This document shows positions 1-9,712 of a DNA stretch of 64,000 nt, piece by piece. Under the pieces are notes generated by a model. That model searched no databases and was not told the origin of the DNA. It worked only from the letters and a program-made list of their open reading frames with translations. Made by a program: the position numbers and the translations under genes. The DNA is from an uncultured Candidatus Saccharibacteria bacterium (GTDB taxonomy: Bacteria; Patescibacteriota; Minisyncoccia; Phycocordibacterales; Phycocordibacteraceae): NCBI GenBank assembly GCA_964469405.1, contig CAYXYP010000003.1:2573-66572 (forward strand), in the 5' to 3' direction. Position 1 is the stretch's first letter; every line of letters begins with the position of its first letter.

Positions 1-593
1 GCTGATGCTCCGCGTTTCGGATCTTGCGTGGATTCGAGTATGAATCCGGTCGCGCTTTCGAGAGGGTCGGCTGTGATATCAGCAAGATCTGCTGAGAGAA
101 GGACGAGGTCAAGAAGTTCCGGTATCCCCTCGCCTGTCTTGGAGGAGACGAGTGCGAAAGCAATGTCACCGCCCATGCCTTCGATGAATATGCCATGCTC
201 GATGAGAGAGTTTTTCGTGTGACCGATATCCGCGTTATTCTTATCGATTTTCGTAATGGCGATGATATACGGAATACCTGCTTCGGCAATTGCGGTAAGT
301 GCGTCAAGGGTTTGTGGCATCACTCCCTCATCTGCCGCGACGACGAGAATTGCGATATCTGCTGCTGCTGCACCTCGAGTACGCAGTGCTTTGAATGCTT
401 CGTGCCCGGGAGTATCAAGGAAAGTGACTGGACGCTCATTGTGGAGCGCGATGTATGCAGCAACGTGCTGAGTGATGCCACCCGCCTCACCCGCAACAAT
501 ATTCGCCTTTCGGATGTAATCCAGAAGCGAAGACTTTCCATGGTCTGTGTGGCCCATCACCGCGATGACGGGCGGTCTTTGGATCCGCGCCAT
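1..593 (-). CDS. infB: Translation initiation factor IF-2, partial; 3' part beyond window start. The ORF begins directly at the G domain.
   Basis: Reverse-strand translation from ATG at 593-591 gives [47 protein letters not shown]...DTPGHEAF...ITKIDK. This is the IF-2 G-domain signature ([29 protein letters not shown]). The frame stays open to position 1. Confidence 0.85.
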   Translation of the reverse strand, partial: MARIQRPPVIAVMGHTDHGKSSLLDYIRKANIVAGEAGGITQHVAAYIALHNERPVTFLDTPGHEAFKALRTRGAAAADIAILVVAADEGVMPQTLDALTAIAEAGIPYIIAITKIDKNNADIGHTKNSLIEHGIFIEGMGGDIAFALVSSKTGEGIPELLDLVLLSADLADITADPLESATGFILESTQDPKRGAS

Positions 594-718
594 AATGGCT
601 CTATTTCATCACAAAAATGACTTAATTGCAACATTTTCTTTATGCTTATGATGCAATGTATTCTCTACAGAATGAGACGCGGCATCTACTAGCATGCAAC
701 ATCGTGTAGAATTGAATC

Positions 719-1861
719 ATGTTTTGGAATCATAGAAGCTATTTAGATTATGCCTCGGGCGTAAGTGGTAACCCTTCGTCGCCCCATGAAGAGGGAAGGC
801 TCGCGAAGAAAATGCTTGAAGACGCCCGGGCAACTATCGCGCGGCTTACCGAAGTGCAGTCGGACGATGTCATTTTTACGAGTGGTGCGACGGAGAGTAA
901 CGCTCTCGCAATCCTTGGGCATACAAGAGCACGTAAGGCGAACGGCGGGAAAGATATGCATATTTTATATTTGCCAAGCTCGCACGCGTCAATCGTGGAG
1001 AATGCAAAATTATTGATGACGGAGGGAAATGTAGTTGAGCCTCTTCCGATTAAGGATTGTCGCGTTGATATCGAAGCATTAACGAAAATGTTACGGAGCG
1101 AAACAACGCTGATCTCAATGGATGCTGTTTGTGGCGAAACAGGTGTGGTGTGGAATACGCGCGAAGTGGCACATCTTCTCCAGACCCATGTAGGACGTAG
1201 TACGTCCTACATGGGTGAACGGGCGCTGCTCCATGTCGATGCTAGTCAGGCCTCTTTGACCGAGAAGATGTCGCGCGCGCACTTCGGCGCAGATTTACTC
1301 ACCCTCGATGCTTCGAAAGTTGGCGAGACGCGCGGTATCGGCGTTCTGATTGCACATCAGACAATTCCGATTGCTCCGCTCTATGCAGGAGGCGGTCAGG
1401 AGCGTGGGTTGCGTTCCGGAAGTGAAGCGCCTAAACTTGCGCGGAATTTCGCGCACACGCTCTCAATTGTTGTTCATGGTCGTGAAGCGTTTCGGGCTTC
1501 GGCGGAGCGAGAGCGAACTCTTCTTATCGAAGCCATCAATAATAGTGTTCAGAATGTTTATATACAGGAAGGTCGTTTTCAGGCGCCACAGATTCTCAAC
1601 CTATCGTTCCCGGGTCGTGACACCGACTACCTCGTCGCGCTCCTTGACGAAGCGGGTTTCGCCATCTCATCGAGAAGTGCATGCGAAACAGACTCTAAAG
1701 AGGGATCGCGTGCAGTTCTGGCTCTCACGGGTGACCCCGAACGCGCTCGCGCGACACTCCGAATCTCGTGGGGTCCGGACGTTCGTTCGAGCGAATTAAC
1801 CCGCTTTGCTAGGGCGCTTGCACGGGCAGTTGCATTTATTGACAATAGTAGTCATGGGTAG
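719..1861 (+). CDS. Cysteine desulfurase-like class V aminotransferase (NifS/IscS family)
   Basis: N-terminus YLDYASGVSGNPSSPHEEGR matches the cysteine desulfurase start (YLD.A.T...NPSS.H..G). A lysine in LDASKVGETRGIGVL aligns with the PLP-lysine region. Confidence 0.7.
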   Translation: MFWNHRSYLDYASGVSGNPSSPHEEGRLAKKMLEDARATIARLTEVQSDDVIFTSGATESNALAILGHTRARKANGGKDMHILYLPSSHASIVENAKLLMTEGNVVEPLPIKDCRVDIEALTKMLRSETTLISMDAVCGETGVVWNTREVAHLLQTHVGRSTSYMGERALLHVDASQASLTEKMSRAHFGADLLTLDASKVGETRGIGVLIAHQTIPIAPLYAGGGQERGLRSGSEAPKLARNFAHTLSIVVHGREAFRASAERERTLLIEAINNSVQNVYIQEGRFQAPQILNLSFPGRDTDYLVALLDEAGFAISSRSACETDSKEGSRAVLALTGDPERARATLRISWGPDVRSSELTRFARALARAVAFIDNSSHG

Positions 1862-1873
1862 CATTATATCTGT

Positions 1874-2647
1874 ATGAATATTGAGGAACTCTCAAAATCT
1901 CAACTCATATTGCTCACGATTCTTGTGAATTTCGTGACGGCAGTCGCGACCGGTATTTTGACGGTCTCGTTGCTTGATAAAGCGCCACCTATTGTGACGC
2001 AAACGGTGAATCGTGTTGTTGAGCACACTATTGAGAGGGTTACACAGCAGGTAGCACCTGCCAGCGTCGCTCTCGCGCCGGCACCCTCGAATCAGGATCT
2101 TGTTACGGCGGCTCTTGGCATAAGCGCGTCTCGCGAGGTCGCGATCTATGCTGCGCAGACCGGTACATCGACCCCGGCCGTTTCTATCGGCACGTATCTT
2201 TCTAAATCGCGTGCCATCGCGACCGCAGCACAAGACATCTTGCCCAGAGAAGTACTCATCGAATTTTCGGACGGTTCGTATATTCCGGCTTCTCTTGCCC
2301 ATGAAGGCGGCGGCATCGCCATCTATGGTTTCGCCGATAGCGCAGTGTTGCCAAAAATATCCTCACCGATTCTGGTGACCTTGAATAATCTGAAGCTTGG
2401 TCAGACCGCTCTCGCTATCAGCACCGACGGTTCCGCGACTACCGGCATCGTGGCTCGCGTGAGCACGAAAGGTGTTCATACCACATTGCCGGATACCGGT
2501 GCAGGAAGTGCTACCGTTGATTTATCGGGGAATCTCATCGGAATCAGTGCAGGGATAACCTCGGGGCTGCTCATTCCTTCAGACAGAATAGCCATGCTCC
2601 TCGCCGCCACCTCAACGACTGCAACCTCGACCGCTGTAGTGAAGTAA
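1874..2647 (+). CDS. Membrane-anchored trypsin-like (DegP/S1C-like) domain protein, possibly degenerate
   Basis: N-terminal TM helix. The C-terminal part, LGQTALAIS...TGIVARV...DTGAGSATVDLSGNLIGISAGI, parallels DegP (LGQTVTSGIVSA...GNSGGPLVNLNGELIGINTA). The GNSGG catalytic motif is not conserved. Confidence 0.4.
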   Translation: MNIEELSKSQLILLTILVNFVTAVATGILTVSLLDKAPPIVTQTVNRVVEHTIERVTQQVAPASVALAPAPSNQDLVTAALGISASREVAIYAAQTGTSTPAVSIGTYLSKSRAIATAAQDILPREVLIEFSDGSYIPASLAHEGGGIAIYGFADSAVLPKISSPILVTLNNLKLGQTALAISTDGSATTGIVARVSTKGVHTTLPDTGAGSATVDLSGNLIGISAGITSGLLIPSDRIAMLLAATSTTATSTAVVK

Positions 2648-2659
2648 TAATCTCTACCT

Positions 2660-5341
2660 ATGCCTCCTTTTAATAATTTTACTACCAAAGCAAAAGAAGC
2701 CGTTCGTCGTGCGCACGAGCTCGCGATAGAGCGCGGACAGAATCATGTTTCGCCGCTCCACTTGCTCGGGGCGCTCGTGCTACAAGAGGAGTCACTCGTT
2801 TTCTCGATGCTTGATCGGATGGAAGTCGATACCAACCTGCTGGCGGATACCATACTTGAGCACCTTGAGACGCCTGAGAATGCTTCTGTTCTTTCACCCA
2901 CATACCAGATCTACCTCACACCGGATCTTGCCCAGGCGCTCGAAACGTCAGGAAAGATTGCTGCGCGAATGAACGATACGTTTGTTGGTACCGAGCATCT
3001 CTTTCTTGCCGTCATTGAACATCCGGGTGGGGCTGCTGATATCTTCACACGCTTCTCGATAACCCAGAACGCCGCAATAGCAGTCCTCAAAGAGCTTAAA
3101 AATTCGAAAGACGGACAGGTCACAGAGCCGAAACGTTTTCGCGCACTCACGAAGTATGCGCGCAATCTTAATAAGCTCGCTGCTGAAAATAAACTTGATC
3201 CAGTTATAGGTCGCGATACTGAAATCAATCGAGTTATTCAGATTCTTGCACGTCGCACGAAGAATAACCCGGTTCTTATAGGTGAAGCAGGAGTAGGGAA
3301 GACTGCGATTGCGGAAGGGCTTGCCGCACGCATGGCATCGGGCGATGTTCCCGAATCGCTCAAAGGCAAAGAGCTTCTCTCACTCGATCTCGGACTCATG
3401 ATTGCTGGCACCAAATACCGTGGGGAGTTCGAAGAGCGCATGAAGAATGTGATGAAAGAAGTTGAGCGTGCCGAAGGGAAGGTCATTCTCTTTGTCGATG
3501 AGCTTCATATGCTCGTGGGTGCGGGTGGTGCCGAGGGATCTTTGGATGCGTCAAACATGCTAAAGCCTGCGCTCTCGCGCGGTGAGATCCGTGTTGTTGG
3601 GGCGACCACGCTGAAGGAATATCAGAAATATATCGAGAAAGATGCTGCGCTTACGCGGCGTTTCCAGTCGGTGTTCGTACAAGAACCTTCGGTTGAGGAT
3701 GGTATCGCTATCTTGCGCGGGCTGCGAGACAAGTACGAACTTTTCCACGGCGTCCGTATTACCGATGGAGCCGTCGTCGCAGCGGTCGAACTCTCGTCGC
3801 GTTATATCAGCGACCGCTTCCTACCTGACAAGGCCATTGATCTTATCGATGAAGCTGCATCGGGGCTCCGCATCGCGCTTGAAAATAAGCCTCCGCTCTT
3901 GGAAGAAACCGATCGTAAGATTCGTCGCCTTGAGATCGAGCGTCAGGCGCTCCAAAAAGATTTGGAAGGTGAACACGCCAAAGAAATTAAAGAGCGCATT
4001 AAGGTCATCGACAAAGAAGTTGCTGATTTGAAAGAGAAAACCAGTGAGCTTGAACTCAAGTGGAAGAACGAGAAAGAGGTGTTGGTCGGTATTCGTGCTG
4101 CCAAGACTGAACTTGAAGCGTTGAAGATACAGGCGGACAATGCCGAGGCTGCGGCCGATCTTGGCACGGTCGCGGAAATTCGGTACGGGCGTATTCCGCA
4201 TATTCAGAAAGATCTTGAGACGAAATTGAAGCGTCTAAAGACGTTGCAGAAGTCGCGACGTGTATTGAATGAGGAAGTGACGGAACAAGATATTGCAGGC
4301 GTCGTCGCTCGTTGGACCGGTATTCCGGTTGCACGCATGCTCGAAGAAGAGGTCACAAAACTTTCGCGCATGGAAGAAGCTCTCAAGCGGAGTGTTATCG
4401 GCCAAGATATCGCCGTGAAGAAGGTCACTGATGCTGTAAAACGCTCACGGGTAGGCATTAGTGATCCTAATCGCCCGATAGGCTCGTTCCTCTTCCTCGG
4501 TCCCACTGGCGTGGGGAAGACTGAGCTTTCAAAAAAGCTCGCGGAGTTCATGTTTAATGATACTGATGCTCTTGTACGCGTGGATATGAGTGAGTTTATG
4601 GAGAAGCACTCAGTTGCGAAGCTTATTGGTGCGCCACCAGGTTATGTAGGCTATGAAGAGGCAGGCTCACTGACCGAACGTATTCGACATCGTCCATATG
4701 CGGTGGTACTCTTCGACGAAATCGAGAAGGCTCATCCGGAAGTGTTCAATATTCTTCTTCAAGTGCTTGATTCTGGTCATCTGACCGACAGCAAAGGACG
4801 TAAAGTCAACTTTAAGAACACGATCATCGTATTGACCAGTAATATTGGTGGGGAATTCATCGACCGACTTGCGCATATCGGCTTCGGTACCGCAGGTGCT
4901 ACAGATGCAACTCGTTACGAAGAGACAAAAGAAAGAGTTATGAGTGCACTCAAAGAGCACTTCCGCCCCGAATTTCTTAATCGTCTTGATGACATTATTA
5001 TTTTCGATGTGCTCGCAAAGGAGGCACTTGCCAAGATTGTCGATACGCAAGTTGAAGAGGTTATGAAACGACTCACGCAAAAGCGCATTGCGCTCGCGAT
5101 TGATCCCCAAGTACATTCATGGCTTGCCGACAAGGGTTATAATCCTCAATATGGTGCCCGTCCACTCCGCCGCACAATCCAGGATAAGATACTCACCCCT
5201 CTCGCATCGATGATGGTTGACCATGGGGTGATGGAGGGCGGTACCGTGACTATCACTATCAAGAACGATGAGCCCCATTTTGAAGTAAAAAAGCGTGCGT
5301 CGCGGAAGGCGCACTCGAGTTCCGTATCAGCCACAGTGTAG
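2660..5341 (+). CDS. clpB: Chaperone ClpB (AAA+ disaggregase)
   Basis: Clp N domain, two AAA+ modules ([15 protein letters not shown]; [19 protein letters not shown]) and a long coiled-coil M-domain between them. 893 aa. Confidence 0.95.
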   Translation: MPPFNNFTTKAKEAVRRAHELAIERGQNHVSPLHLLGALVLQEESLVFSMLDRMEVDTNLLADTILEHLETPENASVLSPTYQIYLTPDLAQALETSGKIAARMNDTFVGTEHLFLAVIEHPGGAADIFTRFSITQNAAIAVLKELKNSKDGQVTEPKRFRALTKYARNLNKLAAENKLDPVIGRDTEINRVIQILARRTKNNPVLIGEAGVGKTAIAEGLAARMASGDVPESLKGKELLSLDLGLMIAGTKYRGEFEERMKNVMKEVERAEGKVILFVDELHMLVGAGGAEGSLDASNMLKPALSRGEIRVVGATTLKEYQKYIEKDAALTRRFQSVFVQEPSVEDGIAILRGLRDKYELFHGVRITDGAVVAAVELSSRYISDRFLPDKAIDLIDEAASGLRIALENKPPLLEETDRKIRRLEIERQALQKDLEGEHAKEIKERIKVIDKEVADLKEKTSELELKWKNEKEVLVGIRAAKTELEALKIQADNAEAAADLGTVAEIRYGRIPHIQKDLETKLKRLKTLQKSRRVLNEEVTEQDIAGVVARWTGIPVARMLEEEVTKLSRMEEALKRSVIGQDIAVKKVTDAVKRSRVGISDPNRPIGSFLFLGPTGVGKTELSKKLAEFMFNDTDALVRVDMSEFMEKHSVAKLIGAPPGYVGYEEAGSLTERIRHRPYAVVLFDEIEKAHPEVFNILLQVLDSGHLTDSKGRKVNFKNTIIVLTSNIGGEFIDRLAHIGFGTAGATDATRYEETKERVMSALKEHFRPEFLNRLDDIIIFDVLAKEALAKIVDTQVEEVMKRLTQKRIALAIDPQVHSWLADKGYNPQYGARPLRRTIQDKILTPLASMMVDHGVMEGGTVTITIKNDEPHFEVKKRASRKAHSSSVSATV

Positions 5342-5550
5342 AGCGTTCCTGCTTTGCTTGCGACATAATGACGAATCTGTTACATTTTACGCATGTCACA
5401 AGACCGCCTACTTAGGCTCAAGTCCACGAAGTCCAACCATGTTATCTGGACTCGCAAGAATAGAAAGACCACCGAGCGCAAGATCGAACTCCAAAAGTTC
5501 GATCCGACGTTGCGCAAACGCGTTACTTTTAAAGAGGCAAAGAGATAATT

Positions 5551-5576
5551 AAAAACCGCCGAGAAGGCGGTTTTTA
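5551..5576 (+). terminator. Rho-independent terminator-like hairpin
   Basis: AAAACCGCCGAGAAGGCGGTTTTT: GC stem followed by a T-run. Confidence 0.6.
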
Positions 5577-5671
5577 ACAAGTGGTCCTGAGACAGGGATT
5601 TCGAGAAGACGTAACTTAGACTCAGAGCAGTTGCTTCCGTGGTATCGTGATAAACAAACTACAGACACTGT

Positions 5672-6913
5672 ATGGCAACAATACAAGGGATTAGGGCTCG
5701 GGAAATTTTTGACTCGCGTGGCAATCCGACGGTAGAAGTCGAGCTCGAGACTCTGCAAGGGAAAGGATCAGCATCGGTGCCGTCAGGCGCAAGTGTCGGA
5801 GCATATGAGGCGCATGAACTGCGTGATGGTGGTGGAGCGACACGTGGTGTATCGGAAGCGATTACGCATGTGAACGAAACCGTAGCAGCGGCTGTCGTCG
5901 GAAAAGAATTCGACCAACAGAATCTCGATACCTTCTTATGTGAATTTGATGGCACACCGAATAAGAGCCGGCTCGGAGCGAATGCCATCTTGCCGGTCTC
6001 AGTCGCTTTTGCACGGGCGCAAGCTAAGGAACATGGTATAGAGCTCTACGCGTATCTCGGCGCTCTCGACAACAGAAAAGCTTTTTCCATACCGCAACCG
6101 CTCTTTAACATCCTCAACGGGGGCAAACACGCACGTTACGGCATTGATATTCAAGAGTGCATGCTTGCACCGATTGGATTCCAGAGTGTGCGCGAACGCG
6201 TTGTCGCAGCAGAGAAGTGTATGTCGATATTGAAGTCGTTATTGGAGCAGAAGGGCAGTAGTACCTCGATGGGCGATGAAGGAGGATTCGCACCCGCGCT
6301 CAGCGGGAATGACGAAGCTCTCGAATTGTTGGTGTCCGCCATATCGCAAGCTGGGTATACGACTAAACAGATACGAATCGCACTCGATATTGCGGCAAGC
6401 AGTTTTTACAAAGACGGAAGTTACGTGTTAAAAGCGGGCGGGAAAGAGCAGGTAATAGGCAGGGAGCAGATGCTCGAATGGTACGCCGCCTCGGCGAAGA
6501 AATACCCGATCATTTCAATTGAAGACGGGTTTGCAGAAGATGACTGGGATGGATTTGTAGCACTTCAGAAGTCGCTTGGCGGAACTCTGTCTATTGTCGG
6601 GGATGATCTTACCGTGACCAACGTAGAGCGTATAAGCATGGCAGCAGAAAAGAAGGCTGCCAATGCATGTATCATTAAGCCAAATCAAATCGGCACAGTG
6701 ACCGAGACTATCGAAGCAGTTCGGGCAGCGCGAAATGCAGGATGGAAACTCTTTGCCTCGCATCGTTCGGGGGAAACCATGGACACGTTCATATCGGACT
6801 TCGCCGTCGGCCTTTCGTGCGATTACATTAAGGCCGGTGCACCAACGAAAAAAGAACGCGTGGTGAAATATGATCGCCTGATCGAGATTGAAGAACATTT
6901 GCATATGCTATGA
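5672..6913 (+). CDS. eno: Enolase
   Basis: MATIQGIRAREIFDSRGNPTVEVEL... is the canonical enolase N-terminus. The catalytic-region motifs (IKPNQIGT, SHRSGET) are present. Confidence 0.95.
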   Translation: MATIQGIRAREIFDSRGNPTVEVELETLQGKGSASVPSGASVGAYEAHELRDGGGATRGVSEAITHVNETVAAAVVGKEFDQQNLDTFLCEFDGTPNKSRLGANAILPVSVAFARAQAKEHGIELYAYLGALDNRKAFSIPQPLFNILNGGKHARYGIDIQECMLAPIGFQSVRERVVAAEKCMSILKSLLEQKGSSTSMGDEGGFAPALSGNDEALELLVSAISQAGYTTKQIRIALDIAASSFYKDGSYVLKAGGKEQVIGREQMLEWYAASAKKYPIISIEDGFAEDDWDGFVALQKSLGGTLSIVGDDLTVTNVERISMAAEKKAANACIIKPNQIGTVTETIEAVRAARNAGWKLFASHRSGETMDTFISDFAVGLSCDYIKAGAPTKKERVVKYDRLIEIEEHLHML

Positions 6914-7548
6914 CACTCCCTGGTACTCTTATCATCGCGCGACACCACGAATCGGAATGGAACAAAAAAGGTCTGTGGACCGGCACGCGCGATGTGCACC
7001 TTACCGAATATGGATTCTTGAAGTCGAGTGAGATGGGAGCCTTGCTTCAAGGGGTACGCATCGACAATGCATTCGCTTCCACACAAGTTCGTTCAAGCGA
7101 GACACTCTCGTCTATGCTGGGAAATTTGGGGCTACAAAACGTGCCGACAGAGCGTGTACCGATGCTGAACGAGCGTGACTACGGCGATTACACAGGGAAA
7201 AACAAGTGGGAGATGAAGGAGATTCTTGGGGAGGAAGTTTTCGAACATATGCGTCGCGACTGGGACTACCCCATTCCTCATGGCGAGACACTTAGACAGG
7301 TCTACGAGCGAGTAGTGCCATTTTACTGTAGTACGGTCGTGCCGCTTTTACAGACTGGAAAGAGTGTGCTTATTGTTTCGCATGGGAATGCTTTGCGCGC
7401 GCTCATGGTATATATTGAATCGATTTCGAAAGATGAAGCACGCAATCTCGAGATGCTCTTCGGTGCGGTAGTGCTCTATCAAGTAGATAATGAGGGTAAA
7501 TCGGCGCACAAGGAAGTACGTACGGTGGAGTCAGATGTTAATGCGTAA
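6910..7548 (+). CDS. gpmA: 2,3-bisphosphoglycerate-dependent phosphoglycerate mutase (histidine phosphatase family)
   Basis: LIIARHHESEWNKKGLWTGTRDVHLTEYG (the RHGESEWN motif) and a later HGNALRAL. It overlaps the eno stop by 4 nt. Confidence 0.85.
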   Translation: MTLPGTLIIARHHESEWNKKGLWTGTRDVHLTEYGFLKSSEMGALLQGVRIDNAFASTQVRSSETLSSMLGNLGLQNVPTERVPMLNERDYGDYTGKNKWEMKEILGEEVFEHMRRDWDYPIPHGETLRQVYERVVPFYCSTVVPLLQTGKSVLIVSHGNALRALMVYIESISKDEARNLEMLFGAVVLYQVDNEGKSAHKEVRTVESDVNA

Positions 7549-7565
7549 GTTTTTTAATATCTTCG

Positions 7566-7584
7566 GCGGGCCCACCAGGAATCG
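7566..7584. repeat. 19-nt direct repeat of the tRNA-Trp 3' end (att-like scar)
   Basis: GCGGGCCCACCAGGAATCG occurs at 7566-7584 and again at 7681-7699. The second copy is the T-arm/acceptor 3' strand of the minus-strand tRNA-Trp. Confidence 0.7.
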
Positions 7585-7681
7585 CCTCTCGCCTTGCTAG
7601 GCTCGAGACCTTCGCACCCTCCTCGGGTGCTGCGGCCCGCGGTCCGATTCCTGTTGGACTCCTCGCTCACTATGTTCGCTG

Positions 7682-7752
7682 CGGGCCCACCAGGAATCGG
7701 ACCTGGGCTGTCGGTTTTGGAGACCGATGTACTACCATTATACGATGGACCC
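7682..7752 (-). tRNA. tRNA-Trp (anticodon CCA)
   Basis: The reverse complement folds as acceptor GGGTCCA/TGGGCCC, D-arm GTAT-AATGGTA-GTAC, anticodon arm TCGGT-CTCCAAA-ACCGA (CCA), T-arm CCAGG-TCCGATT-CCTGG and discriminator G. It is 71 nt with no encoded CCA. The T-loop reads TCCGATT (C at position 55), which is non-canonical. Confidence 0.75.
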
Positions 7753-7918
7753 GTACTAGGAAAGATAGCAGATAGAGGGTGAGAAGCGAATACCTGGGGC
7801 TTCGCAAGGTCAGACTGAGCAAAGGCGATGGAGGAGGGTTCGCGGGTTTGTTAGAAGGCAAAAAACCGTGTGGGGGAAAAGCCGCGTGGCGCAGAGTCTC
7901 GCGCGGTATGATATATGC

Positions 7919-8836
7919 ATGCGTTCTCGCATTTCTCTATTGGCACTCTTTTTTATAGTGAGTTCAATCGCACTGCTACCTCTGGCTGCGCACGCGTCAG
8001 CAATACCATTTTTTGGTCCGATTATTCCGCAAGGAGATAATCAATCAGTGTGTCCTGCAGGCTGGGGCATGGTACTTGTAGTTATCAATAACATCATTAG
8101 TTTTTCTATCACTATTGCTATTGTATTTGTCGCGCCGATCATGATTGGCTACGCAGGATTCCTCATGGTGGTAAATCCGACATCCTCTGGAGATATTCAA
8201 AAGGCAAAAAAAGTTCTCTGGAACACCATCATTGGTCTTGTCATTTCACTAGCTGGCTGGATGATTGTCGCTGCAATTATGGCGGTGCTTTATAATCCAA
8301 CTCAAGCGAATGGCTTGAAAGCATGGGCGGACATCATCGGTTCACACAATGCTCCAGCATGCCTTCCTCAAAAGGGGGCACTGCCCGGAGATACATTAAA
8401 TCAAGCGGTCACGACGCCTGGTCTTATTCCTGGAGCTGTGCAAGGCAAGTTCACGTTTGATCCGGGGATAGATGCACAAGTGATTACCGAATCAGGAGCA
8501 CTCAATTCATTGTTGTCCTGTATGGTCGCAAAAGTGCCGGCAGGCGTTGGCAGAATCTCTTCCATTTCTGATAGTGTGATAGCCAGCGGTTCGAAAACAT
8601 TTGCACAGTGCGCGGCGGGTGGAACCGCAGCTGGTTGCGCGCACGAGGTCAAATCTTGCCACTACGGCGGCAGGAGTTGTATCGGGAGTTCCTACGCGGT
8701 TGATTTCGGTGATCAGCAAAACAAACAAGCACTTTCGGCGGCAGCGATGGCATGCAACTCGGGAGCATTCATCAATGATGAAGGTGGCCACATACATATA
8801 AGTGTTGGTATGTTATCGAATTGTGAGTGTAACTAA
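7919..8836 (+). CDS. T4SS-type pilin-like (TrbC/VirB2-like) membrane protein with a Cys-rich C-terminal extension
   Basis: Signal peptide MRSRISLLALFFIVSSIALLPLAAHA, two TM helices, and a motif SSGDIQKAKKVLWNTIIGLVISLAGWMIV typical of Gram-positive/CPR T4SS pilins. The ~150-aa C-terminal region carries 10 Cys and SYAVDF...NDEGGHIHISVG. Confidence 0.55.
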   Translation: MRSRISLLALFFIVSSIALLPLAAHASAIPFFGPIIPQGDNQSVCPAGWGMVLVVINNIISFSITIAIVFVAPIMIGYAGFLMVVNPTSSGDIQKAKKVLWNTIIGLVISLAGWMIVAAIMAVLYNPTQANGLKAWADIIGSHNAPACLPQKGALPGDTLNQAVTTPGLIPGAVQGKFTFDPGIDAQVITESGALNSLLSCMVAKVPAGVGRISSISDSVIASGSKTFAQCAAGGTAAGCAHEVKSCHYGGRSCIGSSYAVDFGDQQNKQALSAAAMACNSGAFINDEGGHIHISVGMLSNCECN

Positions 8837-8838
8837 TT

Positions 8839-9690
8839 TCACACGTTCGATTCGTCTTTAAGTTTACGCAGCCAGGCCTTCTGGCGACGGGCATACTGCC
8901 AGAGTTTTGCCGACAGAGCAGGGAGGAGCGATGTTTCGGTTCGTTCCCCACGTAAAAATTCACCTACCATTTTGTATTCAAGACCAAGTTCGTTCAGACG
9001 CTCGTCGCCGACCGCATCACGCACGCGGCGTATCTCATCAATAAGTCCTCGTGCAAGAGCGGTGGCAAGTCGCGCGTCGATTCTTGTACGCAATTCTTCT
9101 TTTGTTGGGTCAATAACAATCCACTCGACCGCGTATGCGGACACGGGCTTCGTGCGCATAGGAACTTCCCCTTTCGCCTCGATAATTTCAAGTGCACGGA
9201 TGAGCCGGCGGCGATTTTGCGGGTCGAGCTCGACAGCACGACGCGCGTCCGCGAAGCGGACGCGCGTATATAATTCTTCGGTAGTGAGTTTTTCAAGTTC
9301 CTCGCGCAGCTTGGGGTTCGCGTCCACTCCTGTCGGGAGGCCATGGAGCAGCGCATTGAAATAAAAATGCGTTCCGCCGACGAGAATCGGGAGCTTTCCT
9401 CGAGCCGAAATTTCTTCGATAAGTCGTGTCGCATCACCGACAAAATCTCCCGCAGAATAGGTTGCTTCTGGGTTGAGCATATCGATGAGATGATGAGGTA
9501 TGCCGCGCATTTCCTCACGCGAGATTTTCTCGGTACCGATATCAAGTCCGCGATACACCTGTCGTGAATCGACGGAAATAATTTCACCGCTGCGTGCGAG
9601 AGCCTCCTCAACTGCTTGTGAGGATTTCCCTGAGGCGGTAGGCCCCATAATGAGTAGAATTTGTCTTTGCACTGCGAGCGATGGTATCAT
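8839..9690 (-). CDS. miaA: tRNA dimethylallyltransferase
   Basis: MIPSLAVQRQILLIMGPTASGKSSQAVEEA (P-loop) and ISVDSRQVYRGLDIGTEKI are the MiaA signature. Confidence 0.9.
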   Translation of the reverse strand: MIPSLAVQRQILLIMGPTASGKSSQAVEEALARSGEIISVDSRQVYRGLDIGTEKISREEMRGIPHHLIDMLNPEATYSAGDFVGDATRLIEEISARGKLPILVGGTHFYFNALLHGLPTGVDANPKLREELEKLTTEELYTRVRFADARRAVELDPQNRRRLIRALEIIEAKGEVPMRTKPVSAYAVEWIVIDPTKEELRTRIDARLATALARGLIDEIRRVRDAVGDERLNELGLEYKMVGEFLRGERTETSLLPALSAKLWQYARRQKAWLRKLKDESNV

Positions 9691-9712
9691 GGTGCAAGCG
9701 TAATCAAAAAAT

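Noticed and set aside
195-620. Plus-strand ORFs (195-620, 256-471) listed in the ORF track
   Set aside because: They are antisense to the infB G-domain reading frame, which has unmistakable IF-2 motifs. They are treated as spurious.
2682-5133. Numerous antisense ORFs inside clpB, topA, uvrA, uvrB and the atp genes
   Set aside because: They are fully embedded in strongly supported housekeeping genes on the opposite strand and have low-complexity, Arg/Ser-rich translations typical of antisense frames.
5295-5552. Basic 37-aa peptide (MLSGLARIERPPSARSNSKSSIRRCANALLLKRQRDN) in the clpB-eno gap, resembling a small ribosomal protein
   Set aside because: No Shine-Dalgarno sequence, no match to known L34/L36 signatures, and the longer ORF overlaps the clpB 3' end. 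Left uncalled.
7548-7868. 320-bp ORF-free gap considered as RNase P RNA, tmRNA or SRP RNA
   Set aside because: No CR-I/CR-II RNase P blocks, no tmRNA tRNA-like 3' end with a tag reading frame, and no SRP domain IV motif were found. The region is explained by a minus-strand tRNA-Trp plus its repeats. The small ORFs 7594-7782 (+) and 7670-7861 (-) overlap the tRNA and are rejected.
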